DNA of 64,000 bases from an uncultured Acidobacteriota bacterium (GCA_963714745.1 CAVQPK010000002.1:2464808-2528807); one strand, 5' to 3'. Counted from the first letter of the stretch, positions 1 through 9,022 are shown. The notes: generated by a model not told the origin, from the sequence alone. A program made the numbers and translations.

Positions 1-345
1 TACTCGTTCTCGACCGAGAAGCTCCTCTCGGGGGAGCAGGGGCGAGAGTTCGAGGTCATGGCCGGTGACATCGTCGCGGTCTCGGCGCGACAGGTCTACT
101 TCATCACGGGTGAGATCAACCGAGCCGGGCAGTTCGAGATCGGTCGTGGGCTCACCCTGATGCAGGCGATCTCCCAGGCCGGAGGGCCCAGCAAGTTCGC
201 GTCGAACGCGGTCGAGATCCACCGCGACCTCGACGGGCAGAAGACGATCCTGGAGTTCGACCTCGGTGACATCCGTCGGGGCAAGGTCGAGGATGTCGAG
301 ATCATGCCCGGCGACGTCATCACCCTCAAGCGGCGTTTCTTCTGA
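1..345 (+). CDS. polysaccharide export protein, C-terminal fragment (Wza/SLBB-like); 5' end lies outside the window
   Basis: Frame 1 is open from nt 1. The tail ...GEINRAGQFEIGRGLTLMQAISQAGGP...IMPGDVITLKRRFF resembles the SLBB repeat of outer-membrane polysaccharide exporters. Stop at 343-345. Confidence 0.6.
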   Translation, partial: YSFSTEKLLSGEQGREFEVMAGDIVAVSARQVYFITGEINRAGQFEIGRGLTLMQAISQAGGPSKFASNAVEIHRDLDGQKTILEFDLGDIRRGKVEDVEIMPGDVITLKRRFF

Positions 346-455
346 GGCGGGCCCGTTTGCGGAGAGTGGGAATCGTAGCCTCGGCGTACAGGTTGACGAG
401 TTCGAGTCAAGGGTGGACTTTACAGAGCTCTCACACGGGAACGGGTTGAGCGGCC

Positions 456-484
456 TTGACAGCCGGTCGCATGAAACGTAGAAT
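456..484 (+). promoter_or_regulatory. sigma70-type promoter TTGACA-17 nt-TAGAAT
   Basis: TTGACA at 456-461, an exact 17-nt spacer, then TAGAAT at 479-484. It lies about 20 nt upstream of the AGGAGG (496-501) and ATG 507 of the next gene. Confidence 0.45.
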
Positions 485-506
485 GTCCCTCAGTCAGGAG
501 GATCCC

Positions 507-956
507 ATGAAGCGCTTCTTCGGAGCACTTGGTCTTGTGGTACTTGCCGTCGCCCTTGCCGCTCCTGCCGTTGCTCAGGACAATGCGGCCCTGGTGACCA
601 AGGCCGAGCTGGCGAAGTCGCTGGTCCTGATCGCGCAGCCCGATCAGGCCGCCGGTCTCACCGCCGAGGCGGCGTTCCGTCGTGCTCAGGCTGCGGCCCT
701 CCTGCCGCGGGACTGGAATCCGGACGAGTCGCTGACCCAGCGCGATCTCGTCACGGTCGCGACCCGCCTCGGCCTGCAGTTGACCGTCGCCGACCTCGAT
801 CGTGCGGTCAGTCGCGCGGAGTTGAACGTCTTCAGCCTGAGAGAGCTTTCCTCCAAGCGGGACACGATGGCCAGTGCGCTCGGCGCCGGCCGGGTTCCGC
901 TCGACGGCATCTTCGACGAGCCGCCGGACCGCTTCATCAGCGCCTCCGAGTTCTGA
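507..956 (+). CDS. small secreted hypothetical protein
   Basis: ATG 507 is preceded by AGGAGG with a 5-nt spacer. The N-terminus MKRFFGALGLVVLAVALAAPAVAQD is a typical signal peptide. The ORF track start at 456 is less likely. Confidence 0.6.
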   Translation: MKRFFGALGLVVLAVALAAPAVAQDNAALVTKAELAKSLVLIAQPDQAAGLTAEAAFRRAQAAALLPRDWNPDESLTQRDLVTVATRLGLQLTVADLDRAVSRAELNVFSLRELSSKRDTMASALGAGRVPLDGIFDEPPDRFISASEF

Positions 957-982
957 TTAGGTTCCAACACCTCGCTCCCCAC

Positions 983-1007
983 AGCCGCGGCGCGCCCGCG
1001 GCTTTTT
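983..1007 (+). terminator. rho-independent terminator
   Basis: AGCCGCGG-cgcgc-CCGCGGCT forms an 8-bp GC stem followed by TTTTT, 27 nt after the stop at 956. Confidence 0.6.
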
Positions 1008-1095
1008 CTATGTAGCCGGTGACCGGAGGGACGGGTACACTCGCCGCGCGCGGCCGGACGCAGGCCGTTCGGTCGACTCACAGAAGGAGGAGCGG

Positions 1096-1878
1096 ATGGC
1101 CTTTGAGAATCTTGTAGTCGAACGGCGCGACGGCGTGCTCTGGGTGACCGTCAACCGTCCCACCAAGCTCAACGCCCTCAATGCGGCGACGGTCTCCGAG
1201 TTGGACCGGGCTGCCGCACAGGCGGCCGGAGACCCCGCGGTGCACGCGGTTGTCCTCACCGGCGCCGGGGACAAGGCCTTCGTGGCGGGCGCCGACATCG
1301 CCGAGCTGACCGCCCTCGGTCCGCAGCAGGCGAAAGAGCTCGGGCTGCGCGGCCAGGCCGTCTTCGCGCGATTCGAGCGGCTCGTCAAGCCGGTGATCGC
1401 CGCGGTCAACGGCTACGCGCTGGGCGGCGGCTGCGAGCTGGCGATGGCGTGCCACCTCCGGGTCGCATCGAGCAATGCCGTGTTCGGACAGCCCGAGGTC
1501 AAGCTGGGTCTCGTTCCCGGCTACGCGGGGACCCAGCGCCTGCCGCGAATCGTCGGACGTGGTCGCGCCCTCGACATCCTGCTGACCGGAAGGAACGTCG
1601 CGGCCGATGAGGCGTTGGCGATCGGTCTCGCCAATCGCGTCGTGGCTCCGGACCAGCTCGTGGGCGAGGTCGATCGGCTGCTCGGGATGATCCTCGCGAA
1701 CGGACCGACTGCGGTCGGCCACTGCATCGAAGCGGTGATCCACGGCACCGACATGCCGTTCGACGACGCCTGCCTGCTCGAGGCGACGCTGTTCGGGCTC
1801 TGCGCCGCCGGCGACGAAATGAGAGAGGGCACGAGCGCCTTTCTCGAGAAGCGGAAGGCGAGCTTCCGCGGACGCTGA
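1096..1878 (+). CDS. enoyl-CoA hydratase/isomerase (crotonase) family protein
   Basis: GGAGG RBS upstream. Crotonase hallmarks are present: VNRPTKLNALN, VVLTGAGDKAFVAGADI, AAVNGYALGGGCELAMAC, FGQPEVKLGLVPG. Confidence 0.9.
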   Translation: MAFENLVVERRDGVLWVTVNRPTKLNALNAATVSELDRAAAQAAGDPAVHAVVLTGAGDKAFVAGADIAELTALGPQQAKELGLRGQAVFARFERLVKPVIAAVNGYALGGGCELAMACHLRVASSNAVFGQPEVKLGLVPGYAGTQRLPRIVGRGRALDILLTGRNVAADEALAIGLANRVVAPDQLVGEVDRLLGMILANGPTAVGHCIEAVIHGTDMPFDDACLLEATLFGLCAAGDEMREGTSAFLEKRKASFRGR

Positions 1879-1992
1879 CGGCGGATTCCGAACGGGATCA
1901 GGCGACGGGGGTCGCACCGACGGACATTGCACGCCGGCCGATCGTCGCCGTCGTGACGTGTGCGTCAGGAAGGGCCGTTGGCATAGTATCCT

Positions 1993-2460
1993 GTGATGCG
2001 AAGACGCACGGAGGAAAGTGTGAGCGAAGAGAACGAAGACGCGAAGAGGATCAAGGTCGTGGATCGTCGCTGGTTCACCGAAGACGGGCGGGTCCGGGAG
2101 GATCGGCCCCGTCCTGCGGCGCAGCCGCCGGCTGCCGAGCCGAAGATCGAGGCCGAAGCGGAGAAGGCCCCTTCGCGCGTCCAGGATCGTCGTCGCGAAG
2201 CGCCCGATGCCGGTGCGACAGAGCGCGCCGCGACGTCGCCGCTGTTCATCGAGCTGGTCGACATGCTGGCGCAGCAGGCCGCCCTGCTGATCAAGGGAGC
2301 GCCGGGTTATCCGGCCCAGCCGGCCGAGGCGAAGCGGATCATCGACTATCTCGGCATGCTCGAGCTGAAGACCCGCGGTAACCTCTCGGTCGAGGAACAG
2401 CAGGTGGTCTCGAACCTCTTGTTTCAGCTGCGGTCCCTTTTCGTTCAGGCAGGGAAATGA
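1993..2460 (+). CDS. DUF1844 domain protein
   Basis: The C-terminal half LFIELVDMLAQQAALL...AKRIIDYLGMLELKTRGNLSVEEQQVVSNLLFQLRSLF matches my memory of the DUF1844 signature. An alternative start is GTG 2020, behind GGAGG at 2010-2014. Confidence 0.6.
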   Translation: MMRRRTEESVSEENEDAKRIKVVDRRWFTEDGRVREDRPRPAAQPPAAEPKIEAEAEKAPSRVQDRRREAPDAGATERAATSPLFIELVDMLAQQAALLIKGAPGYPAQPAEAKRIIDYLGMLELKTRGNLSVEEQQVVSNLLFQLRSLFVQAGK

Positions 2461-4259
2461 CCTCTCGCGTCCTCTGCCTGCTGGCGGCTGCCGCGAGCGC
2501 TTTCCAGGCGAGCGCGGGCACGTTGCCGGAACAATGGCAGAGGGTGCAGGTCGCCCTCGCGTCGGCCAACGCGTCGGCGATCGAGGAGTCGGTGCAGGAC
2601 CTGCGGGAGAGCGCGAACGAGGTCGCGGCATGGCGACTGACGCCCTATGCCGAGGCGCTGTGCGCGTGGGCGGAAGCTCACGGCGGAGACACCGGGCGCA
2701 CGACGGTGCGACTGGCCGCCACGCTCGACCCGAGCCTGCCGGGGCCGATCTTCCTGGAGGCGAGGTGGCAATGGCGGGACGGTGAGTACGTTCGGGCGAC
2801 CTGGAGTCACCTGAGAGGGTGCTTCCGGCTCGTGGCGGAGAGCACCAGCCGTCGGTTGACAGTGGTGGCGATGGTAGGTTGGCTGCTGCTTGCGGTCGGT
2901 GGCGGGCTCTCCACCACCGTGGCCGTGCAGACCGTGCGGTGCCTGCGGGAGGCCGCGCACGACTCCTGGGAGCTGGGACGGTCGCTGTTTCGTGGGCTCA
3001 ACGCCGTCGTGTTCGCGGCCGTGGTGCTTCTGCTTCCCCTGTTCGCCGGCCTCGGGCCGGTGTGGGTGCTCGGCTGGCTGTTCGCGATCGGCTGGGTGTA
3101 CCTGAACCGGCTCAACCGGGTGGCGGCCGTGACGGCCTGCGTGCTGCTGGCCATGCTGAGCGGGGCCTTTGATCTCTGGCAGGCGATCGGCCTTCGGGGC
3201 GAAGACCTCGAAACCCGTACCCGGAGGATGGTTGCCGAGCGGCAGGTCGATCTGTCGACGCTGCGGGAGGTCATCGGGCTCGGCGAAGAGCTCGAGGACC
3301 GGGCGACGTACCATCTGGTGGTAGGCGAGCTGCTGCGCCTCCACGCCGACCTTGTCGGGGCCAAGTTGGAGTTTCAGAAGGCTGTCGTGCAGGCTCCGTC
3401 GGATCCACGCGCGCATCTCCTGCTCGGTGGCATGGCGCTCGAAGACGGCGACATTGCGAGGGCCTCGCAGTCGTACAACCGGGCGCTGGAGCTGGATCCG
3501 CGCAGCGTCATCGCCTATCGAAACCTGTCCTATGCGTACGACCAGAGCTATCGGTTCCAAGCGGCCGACAGCGCGCGCAACAAGGCCGAGGAGCTGGTGC
3601 GTCAGGGCATCGAAGTGGCGTCGATTCCGGGACGGGTGCCTCGGGTGTCGTTTCCGCGCCTGGGCGACCGTGAAGTTGACGCTCTGTTCTCCGGTCTGCC
3701 GCCCGGGGTTGCCACCGCCGGCGGACGACCGCTCGGCGCGGCAGCCGCGGCCCTCGTGCACCCCCTCGCCCTGTGCTTCTGGGTCACCGGCCTGATCGGG
3801 CTCGGAGTGCTCGCCCTGCGGCGGCGGTACGGGTGGGCTTCCACCGCCTGCATTCGATGTGGGCGGCTGTTCTGCCGACGGTGCAAGAGCGCCATCGAGA
3901 GCGAGAGCTACTGCAGTCAGTGCATCTCCGTGTTCTTGAAGCGCGACGTGGTGTCGATCGAGCAGCAGTCGGCCAAGCTGGCGCAGATCAGGCGTTGGGA
4001 GCTGAACCTCGCTGCCGGACGGAGGTTGGTCACCATTTTCCTTCCGGGGGCCGGTCCGGTGCTCCGTGGTGATCTCTGGTGGGGCTTCGTCGCCACCAGC
4101 ACGACCTGGTTTCTCGCTGTCGGTGTGGTCGTCATGGTGCCGGCCTTTTTCACCGCAATCGAGCCGCACGCCGCGTGGTTACCGCTCGAGGTCCTGCTCT
4201 CGCTCGGGTTCGTCGCGATGTGGGTCCATTCGGTGACGAACAACTGGCGGCGGAGGTGA
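2457..4259 (+). CDS. TPR-repeat, zinc-ribbon, multi-pass membrane protein
   Basis: ATG 2457 overlaps the upstream stop (ATGA). It has a signal-like N-terminus and several hydrophobic helices. TPR-like repeats include ARASQSYNRALELDPRSVIAYRNLSYAY. A CxxC...CxxC ribbon is present (CIRCGRLFCRRCKSAIESESYCSQC). Confidence 0.7.
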   Translation: MTSRVLCLLAAAASAFQASAGTLPEQWQRVQVALASANASAIEESVQDLRESANEVAAWRLTPYAEALCAWAEAHGGDTGRTTVRLAATLDPSLPGPIFLEARWQWRDGEYVRATWSHLRGCFRLVAESTSRRLTVVAMVGWLLLAVGGGLSTTVAVQTVRCLREAAHDSWELGRSLFRGLNAVVFAAVVLLLPLFAGLGPVWVLGWLFAIGWVYLNRLNRVAAVTACVLLAMLSGAFDLWQAIGLRGEDLETRTRRMVAERQVDLSTLREVIGLGEELEDRATYHLVVGELLRLHADLVGAKLEFQKAVVQAPSDPRAHLLLGGMALEDGDIARASQSYNRALELDPRSVIAYRNLSYAYDQSYRFQAADSARNKAEELVRQGIEVASIPGRVPRVSFPRLGDREVDALFSGLPPGVATAGGRPLGAAAAALVHPLALCFWVTGLIGLGVLALRRRYGWASTACIRCGRLFCRRCKSAIESESYCSQCISVFLKRDVVSIEQQSAKLAQIRRWELNLAAGRRLVTIFLPGAGPVLRGDLWWGFVATSTTWFLAVGVVVMVPAFFTAIEPHAAWLPLEVLLSLGFVAMWVHSVTNNWRRR

Positions 4260-4260
4260 G

Positions 4261-5559
4261 ATGGCTCTCGAAGGCACCCTCCGCGACTTCAGCTTTGCCG
4301 ACATCCTGCAGCTGATCTCTCTGCAGCGCAAGACCGGCGTGCTGACCCTGAAGAGCCAGGACAACGTGGTGACGATCTCCTTCCTCAACGGGAGGCTGGT
4401 CGGGGCGAGCTCTCTGAATCAGCACACCGAGGACCGTCTCGGCCTCATCCTGCTCAAGCGGGGGGTGATCACCGACTCCGAGCTCGAAGCGGCGCTGCGC
4501 CGGCAGGAGGAGACTCTCCAGCGGCTCGGGCGAATCCTGATCGACCACGAGGTGGTTCCCCAGGAGTCGGTTCGCGAAGCCCTCGAGCAGCAGATCCTGC
4601 AGATCGTCTATCGGGTTTTCCGGTGGTCCGACGGCGAGTACCACTTTTCGCAGGAGACCGACATCGACTATGACCGCGATCTGATGGTGCCGATGGTCGC
4701 GGACTCGATCATCATGGAAGGTGCGCGGATGACGGACGAGTGGCCGTTCGTCGACCAGCGCATTCCGGACCGCAACATCGTCTTTCTGCGCACCGATCCC
4801 CATCGCGTGTTCGAGATTGCGGACGAGCCCGAGGAGGTCGAGGACCTGGCGTTCAGCTTCACCGACCTGCCGGAGGACACCGGGATCGTCGTGGCATCGG
4901 AGAACGCACTCACCCGTGGCCAGCATCTGGTGTACTCGCTGGTCAACGGGAGAGACACCGTTCACGAGCTGATCCTCCGCAGCGCGTTGATCGAGTTCGA
5001 CACCTGCAAGGCGCTGGCTGAGCTGGTCGACCGCGGCCTGATCCGTCCTGCACGGCCTGACGAGGTCGCCTTCCAGATGAGCGGGGAGTACCCGGCCGAC
5101 CAGACGGCGCGTCGGAGCCTGACCGGGCTGCCGTGGCTCGCGATCCCGTTTCTGGTGATGCTCGGGTTCTCGCTCACGGTCATTCCCAGGAACCCGCTCA
5201 ACCCGGGACTCCGGTTGGTCGATACGGTGCGCGATCGCTTCGTCCTCGAAAGCGCCTCGTGGTTTCGCATGCAGCGTCTCGTGGAGACGGCCGAGATCGA
5301 GTACCTGCTCACCGGCCTCTACCCGGAGGTGGTCTCAGACGTTGCGGAGTCCAGGTTCCACGGCTTCACCGCCAACGCTCTGGACCCCTGGGGCAGGCCC
5401 TATCGCCTGGCCAGCCGGGGGGAGAAGATGATCGTCACCGGGGTCGATCGGCTCGGACATCCGGTGTCCTTCCTAGTGGTGAGTCGCACGCTCGCCTGGG
5501 AAGGTGACGCGGTGTCGAAGGAGCGCAGCGATCAGCCGGGCGTGGTGCTGCTCGAATAG
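4261..5559 (+). CDS. DUF4388 domain protein with one TM helix and a pseudopilin (GspG)-like C-terminal domain
   Basis: GGAGG lies 4 nt upstream of the start. The N-terminus LEGTLRDFSFADILQLISLQRKTGVLTL is DUF4388-like. The TM helix is LPWLAIPFLVMLGFSLTVIP. The C-terminal domain carries a DPWGRPY motif. Confidence 0.75.
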   Translation: MALEGTLRDFSFADILQLISLQRKTGVLTLKSQDNVVTISFLNGRLVGASSLNQHTEDRLGLILLKRGVITDSELEAALRRQEETLQRLGRILIDHEVVPQESVREALEQQILQIVYRVFRWSDGEYHFSQETDIDYDRDLMVPMVADSIIMEGARMTDEWPFVDQRIPDRNIVFLRTDPHRVFEIADEPEEVEDLAFSFTDLPEDTGIVVASENALTRGQHLVYSLVNGRDTVHELILRSALIEFDTCKALAELVDRGLIRPARPDEVAFQMSGEYPADQTARRSLTGLPWLAIPFLVMLGFSLTVIPRNPLNPGLRLVDTVRDRFVLESASWFRMQRLVETAEIEYLLTGLYPEVVSDVAESRFHGFTANALDPWGRPYRLASRGEKMIVTGVDRLGHPVSFLVVSRTLAWEGDAVSKERSDQPGVVLLE

Positions 5560-5561
5560 GA

Positions 5562-5591
5562 CTTGACAAACCTACACTCAGGTTTTATGAT
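5562..5591 (+). promoter_or_regulatory. dnaK promoter (TTGACA-17-TATGAT) overlapped by a HAIR-like inverted repeat
   Basis: CTTGACA-N7-ACTCAGG at 5562-5582 matches 11/14 positions of the HspR operator consensus CTTGAGT-N7-ACTCAAG. The -35 element is at 5563-5568 and the -10 TATGAT at 5586-5591. The site is an AT-rich island 36 nt upstream of the dnaK ATG. Confidence 0.5.
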
Positions 5592-5626
5592 GAACCTCGA
5601 CCGCGAAGGTTGAGGAGGACTTTATC

Positions 5627-7542
5627 ATGTCTCGCGTCATCGGAATCGACCTCGGCACCACGAACTCGGTGGTGGCCGTCATGGAGGGCGGCAAGTCCGT
5701 CGTGATCCCGAACCAGGAGGGCAACCGCACCACGGCGTCGGTGGTCGGCTTCACCAGCTCCGGTGAGCGTCTCGTCGGCCAGGTCGCGAAGCGGCAGAGC
5801 GTCACCAACCCCGAGAACACCGTGTTCTCGGTCAAGCGCTTCATGGGGCGCCGCCACGACGAGGTGACCGAGGAGATCAAGACGGTTCCCTACAAGGTGA
5901 TTCGGGGAGAGAACGACACCGCCCGGATCGAGGTCCGTGGCAAGGTCTACTCGCCGCCGGAGATCTCCGCCATGGTGCTGCAGAAGCTCAAGGCAGCGGC
6001 CGAGGACTATCTCGGGGAGGCGGTGGACAAGGCCGTGATCACGGTCCCGGCGTACTTCAACGACTCTCAGCGACAGGCGACCAAGGACGCCGGCCAGATC
6101 GCCGGGCTCGAGGTGTTGCGGCTGGTCAACGAGCCGACGGCGGCCGCGCTGGCCTACGGGCTGGACAAGAAGCGCGACGAGACGATCGCGGTCTACGACT
6201 TCGGCGGCGGGACGTTCGACATCTCGATCCTCGAGGTCTCCGATCTGGTGGTCGAGGTCAAGTCCACCAACGGCGACACCCACCTCGGCGGCGACGACAT
6301 CGACCAGCTGGTCATCGAGTGGCTGGTCGAGGAGTTCAAGAAGGACCAGGGGATCGACCTGTCCAAGGACCGGATGGCGCTGCAGCGCCTCAAGGAGGCC
6401 GCCGAGAAGGCGAAGATGGAGCTCTCCGCGACGGTGGAGACCGAGATCAACCTGCCGTTCATCACCGCCGACGCCTCCGGCCCGAAGCACCTCGCCCTTC
6501 GCCTCAGCCGGTCGAAGTTCGAGCAGATGATCGAGCCTCTCGTCCGCCGCACTCTCGAGCCGTGCCGCCAGGCCCTCAAGGACGCGGGCATCTCGGCGAA
6601 GGACGTCGACGAGGTCGTGCTGGTCGGCGGCTCGACCCGCATCCCGATGGTGCAGAAGCTGGTCACCGACTTCTTCGGCAAGGAGCCCCACAAGGGTGTG
6701 AACCCGGACGAGGTGGTTGCGGTCGGGGCCGCGGTGCAGGCAGGCGTGCTGGCCGGCGAGGTCAAGGACGTGCTGCTGCTGGATGTGACCCCGCTCTCCC
6801 TCGGTGTCGAGACACTGGGCGGGGTGATGGACGTGATCATCCCGCGCAATACGACGATCCCCACCGAGAAGACCAAGGTCTACTCGACAGCCGATGACAA
6901 CCAGACTCAGGTCGAGATCCACGTCCTGCAGGGGGAACGACCGATGGCGGGCGACAACCGCACTCTCGGTCGTTTCCACCTGATCGGCATCCCGCCGGCG
7001 CCCCGCGGCGTGCCGCAGGTCGAGGTGACCTTCGACATCGACGCCAACGGCATCCTCCACGTCACGGCCAAGGACCGAGGCACCGGCAAGGAGCAGAAGA
7101 TCCAGATCACCAGCTCATCCGGCCTCAACAAGGACGAGATCGAGCGGATGGTCAACGAGGCGCAGACCCACGCGACCGACGACCAGGCCAAGCGGCAGGA
7201 GATCGAGGCCCGCAACCGCTCGACGCGCTGGTGTACTCGACCGAGAAGCTGGTCAGCGAGAACCGCGAGAAGCTCCCGGAGAACGAACGAAGCCAGATCG
7301 ACACGGCGATCGCGGATGCCAAGCGGGATCTGGAGCAGGGCGGAACCGAGCGGCTCGAGCAGGCGTACCAGCGCCTCACCCAGGCAAGCCATCAGATCGC
7401 GGCGGTGCTCTACCAGGCCAGCGGCGGGGCCGGTGGAGGCGACCAGGACCCACCGGGAGACCGCCAAGGTGCGGGGCCCAGCTCCGACGACGAGGTCATC
7501 GACGCCGAGTATGTCGACGTCGACGCCGAAGGGTCCAAGTAG
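5627..7542 (+). pseudogene. dnaK: molecular chaperone DnaK, frame broken by a 1-nt deletion near 7219
   Basis: [18 protein letters not shown]..., DLGGGTFD-type motifs and [10 protein letters not shown] identify DnaK. After ...EIEARNR the frame drifts into R/S/P-rich nonsense. The genuine tail [15 protein letters not shown]...[13 protein letters not shown] continues in frame 1 (ORF 7231-7542). The observed cgc-tc-gac is expected to be cgc-ctc-gac. Confidence 0.9.
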
Positions 7543-7780
7543 GGGCGGACCTTCGCCTCTTCAGCCCGCCCCGCCGCCGGGCCGGTGTGTGGGGCGGGCC
7601 GGCGATCCCTCCGCGTGACGCGGTGGGGCAAGGCAGGCTAGAGTAGAAGGGGACGGGTCTCCCATCCCTGGACCGAAGCAGCCGCCGATACCGCACAGGC
7701 CGGACCGGTCCCACGGCCATCGGAACGGCTGGACGCGGGCGGCGTGGGTCGGATTCGGCCTCACCCGCAGAGGAGGTCTC

Positions 7781-8155
7781 GTGAAGACCAAACCGCGCTA
7801 CCGCATGATCTCCTGGGTGGCGGAGAAGTACAACGTCCACCCGCAGACGCTGCGGCTGTGGGAGCGGGAGGGCCTGATCCAGCCGTCACGCTCGCAGGGC
7901 AATACGCGGCTCTATGACGACGAGGCGTGCGACCGCCTGGAGACGATCCTGACCCTGACCCGCGACCTCGGAGTCAACCTGGCGGGGGTCGAGATCATCC
8001 TGAACCTCAAGGGGACCGTGGCCCGTCTGCAACGCGAGAACGAGTTGCTCACCAGGTTGCTCAGGCAGACCATGCAGCAGCAGAAGGAAGTACCGCGGTT
8101 CCATGCGCTGGTTCGGGTGCAATCCGGGACGATCCAGCCGGTAGACGAGGAATGA
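7781..8155 (+). CDS. hspR: MerR-family heat-shock repressor, HspR-like
   Basis: The MerR helix-turn-helix reads ISWVAEKYNVHPQTLRLWEREGLIQPSRSQGNTRLYD, followed by a coiled C-terminus. The gene lies downstream of dnaK, and a HAIR-like site sits at the dnaK promoter. Start is GTG 7781 behind GGAGG; ATG 7805 is also possible. Confidence 0.7.
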   Translation: MKTKPRYRMISWVAEKYNVHPQTLRLWEREGLIQPSRSQGNTRLYDDEACDRLETILTLTRDLGVNLAGVEIILNLKGTVARLQRENELLTRLLRQTMQQQKEVPRFHALVRVQSGTIQPVDEE

Positions 8156-9015
8156 GGCGACGGAGCGGAGCGCAGGACGCCGAGGCGGCGACGCTGCGCC
8201 GCTACCTCAAGGAGATCTCGCGCTACCCGACGCTCACCCATGAGGAGGAGCTCGAGCTCGCGCGGCGCGTCCAGGACGGCGACCCGGCGGCGCTGAAGAC
8301 ACTGGTGGAGTCCAATCTCCGGTTCGTGGTCGCCTACGCGAAGCGCTACCGCAACCCCAACGTCTCGTTCCTCGACCTGATACACGAGGGCAACCTCGGG
8401 TTGATCCAGGCGGCACGGAAGTACGACCCGTTCAGCGAAGGCCAGGACGTCAAGTTCATCACCTACGCCGTGTGGTGGATCCGGCAGGCGATCCTCCACG
8501 CCCTCGCCGAGCACGCCGGGTCCTTCCGCCTACCCCAGAAGCAGGCCAACACGCTCTACCGGCTCGAGCGCACCCGGTCCGAGCTCACCGACTCCCTCGG
8601 CCGTTCACCCGGGGACCAGGAGCTGGCCCAGGAGCTCGAGATCTCGATCGAGGACGTCCGGGTGCTGACCCGGGCCGCTCAGAGCTCGCTGTCGCTGAAC
8701 GACCCGGTCGACGACGACGGTGATTCGGAGCTCGGTGACCTGCTCGAGCAGACGGTGCTGCCGGGCACCGACGACCGGGTTCTCAGGGAGTCCTTCCTGA
8801 CCGCGCTCGCCGAGGCGCTCTCGGATCTTCCGGAGCGGGAGCGGACGGTGTTGGAGCTCCGATTCGGACTCAGCGACGACCAGCCCAAAACTCTGCGCGA
8901 GATCGGCGAGCTGCTCGGCCTGTCACGCGAGCGGGTCCGCCAGATCGAAAGCCGGGCGCTGAACCAGCTCCGACGTTCCCACAAGACCAAGTCGCTCGCC
9001 TCGTACCTGAACTGA
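8152..9015 (+). CDS. sigma-70 family RNA polymerase sigma factor (regions 1.2 to 4, no region 1.1)
   Basis: ATG 8152 overlaps the hspR stop (ATGA). Region 2 reads LVESNLRFVVAYAKRY...LIHEGNLGLIQAARKYDP...FITYAVWWIRQAI. Region 4 reads ERERTVLELRFGL...TLREIGELLGLSRERVRQIESRAL. No RpoH box is evident. Confidence 0.85.
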   Translation: MRRRSGAQDAEAATLRRYLKEISRYPTLTHEEELELARRVQDGDPAALKTLVESNLRFVVAYAKRYRNPNVSFLDLIHEGNLGLIQAARKYDPFSEGQDVKFITYAVWWIRQAILHALAEHAGSFRLPQKQANTLYRLERTRSELTDSLGRSPGDQELAQELEISIEDVRVLTRAAQSSLSLNDPVDDDGDSELGDLLEQTVLPGTDDRVLRESFLTALAEALSDLPERERTVLELRFGLSDDQPKTLREIGELLGLSRERVRQIESRALNQLRRSHKTKSLASYLN

Positions 9016-9022
9016 GGCCTCT

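Noticed and set aside
1078-4169. Long minus-strand ORFs at 1078-2631 and 2445-4169. Similar antisense ORFs occur at 5585-7060, 15368-17458, 35724-37892 and 43735-45186.
   Set aside because: All are antisense to genes with recognisable conserved domains (crotonase, DnaK, PolA, FtsX permease, kinase) and have low-complexity R/P/G/H-rich translations.
7205-7235. Programmed ribosomal frameshifting in dnaK.
   Set aside because: There is no slippery heptamer, no internal SD-like stimulator and no downstream pseudoknot. The change is a single missing C in a CC dinucleotide. Four other genes in the window show similar breaks, which favours sequence error.
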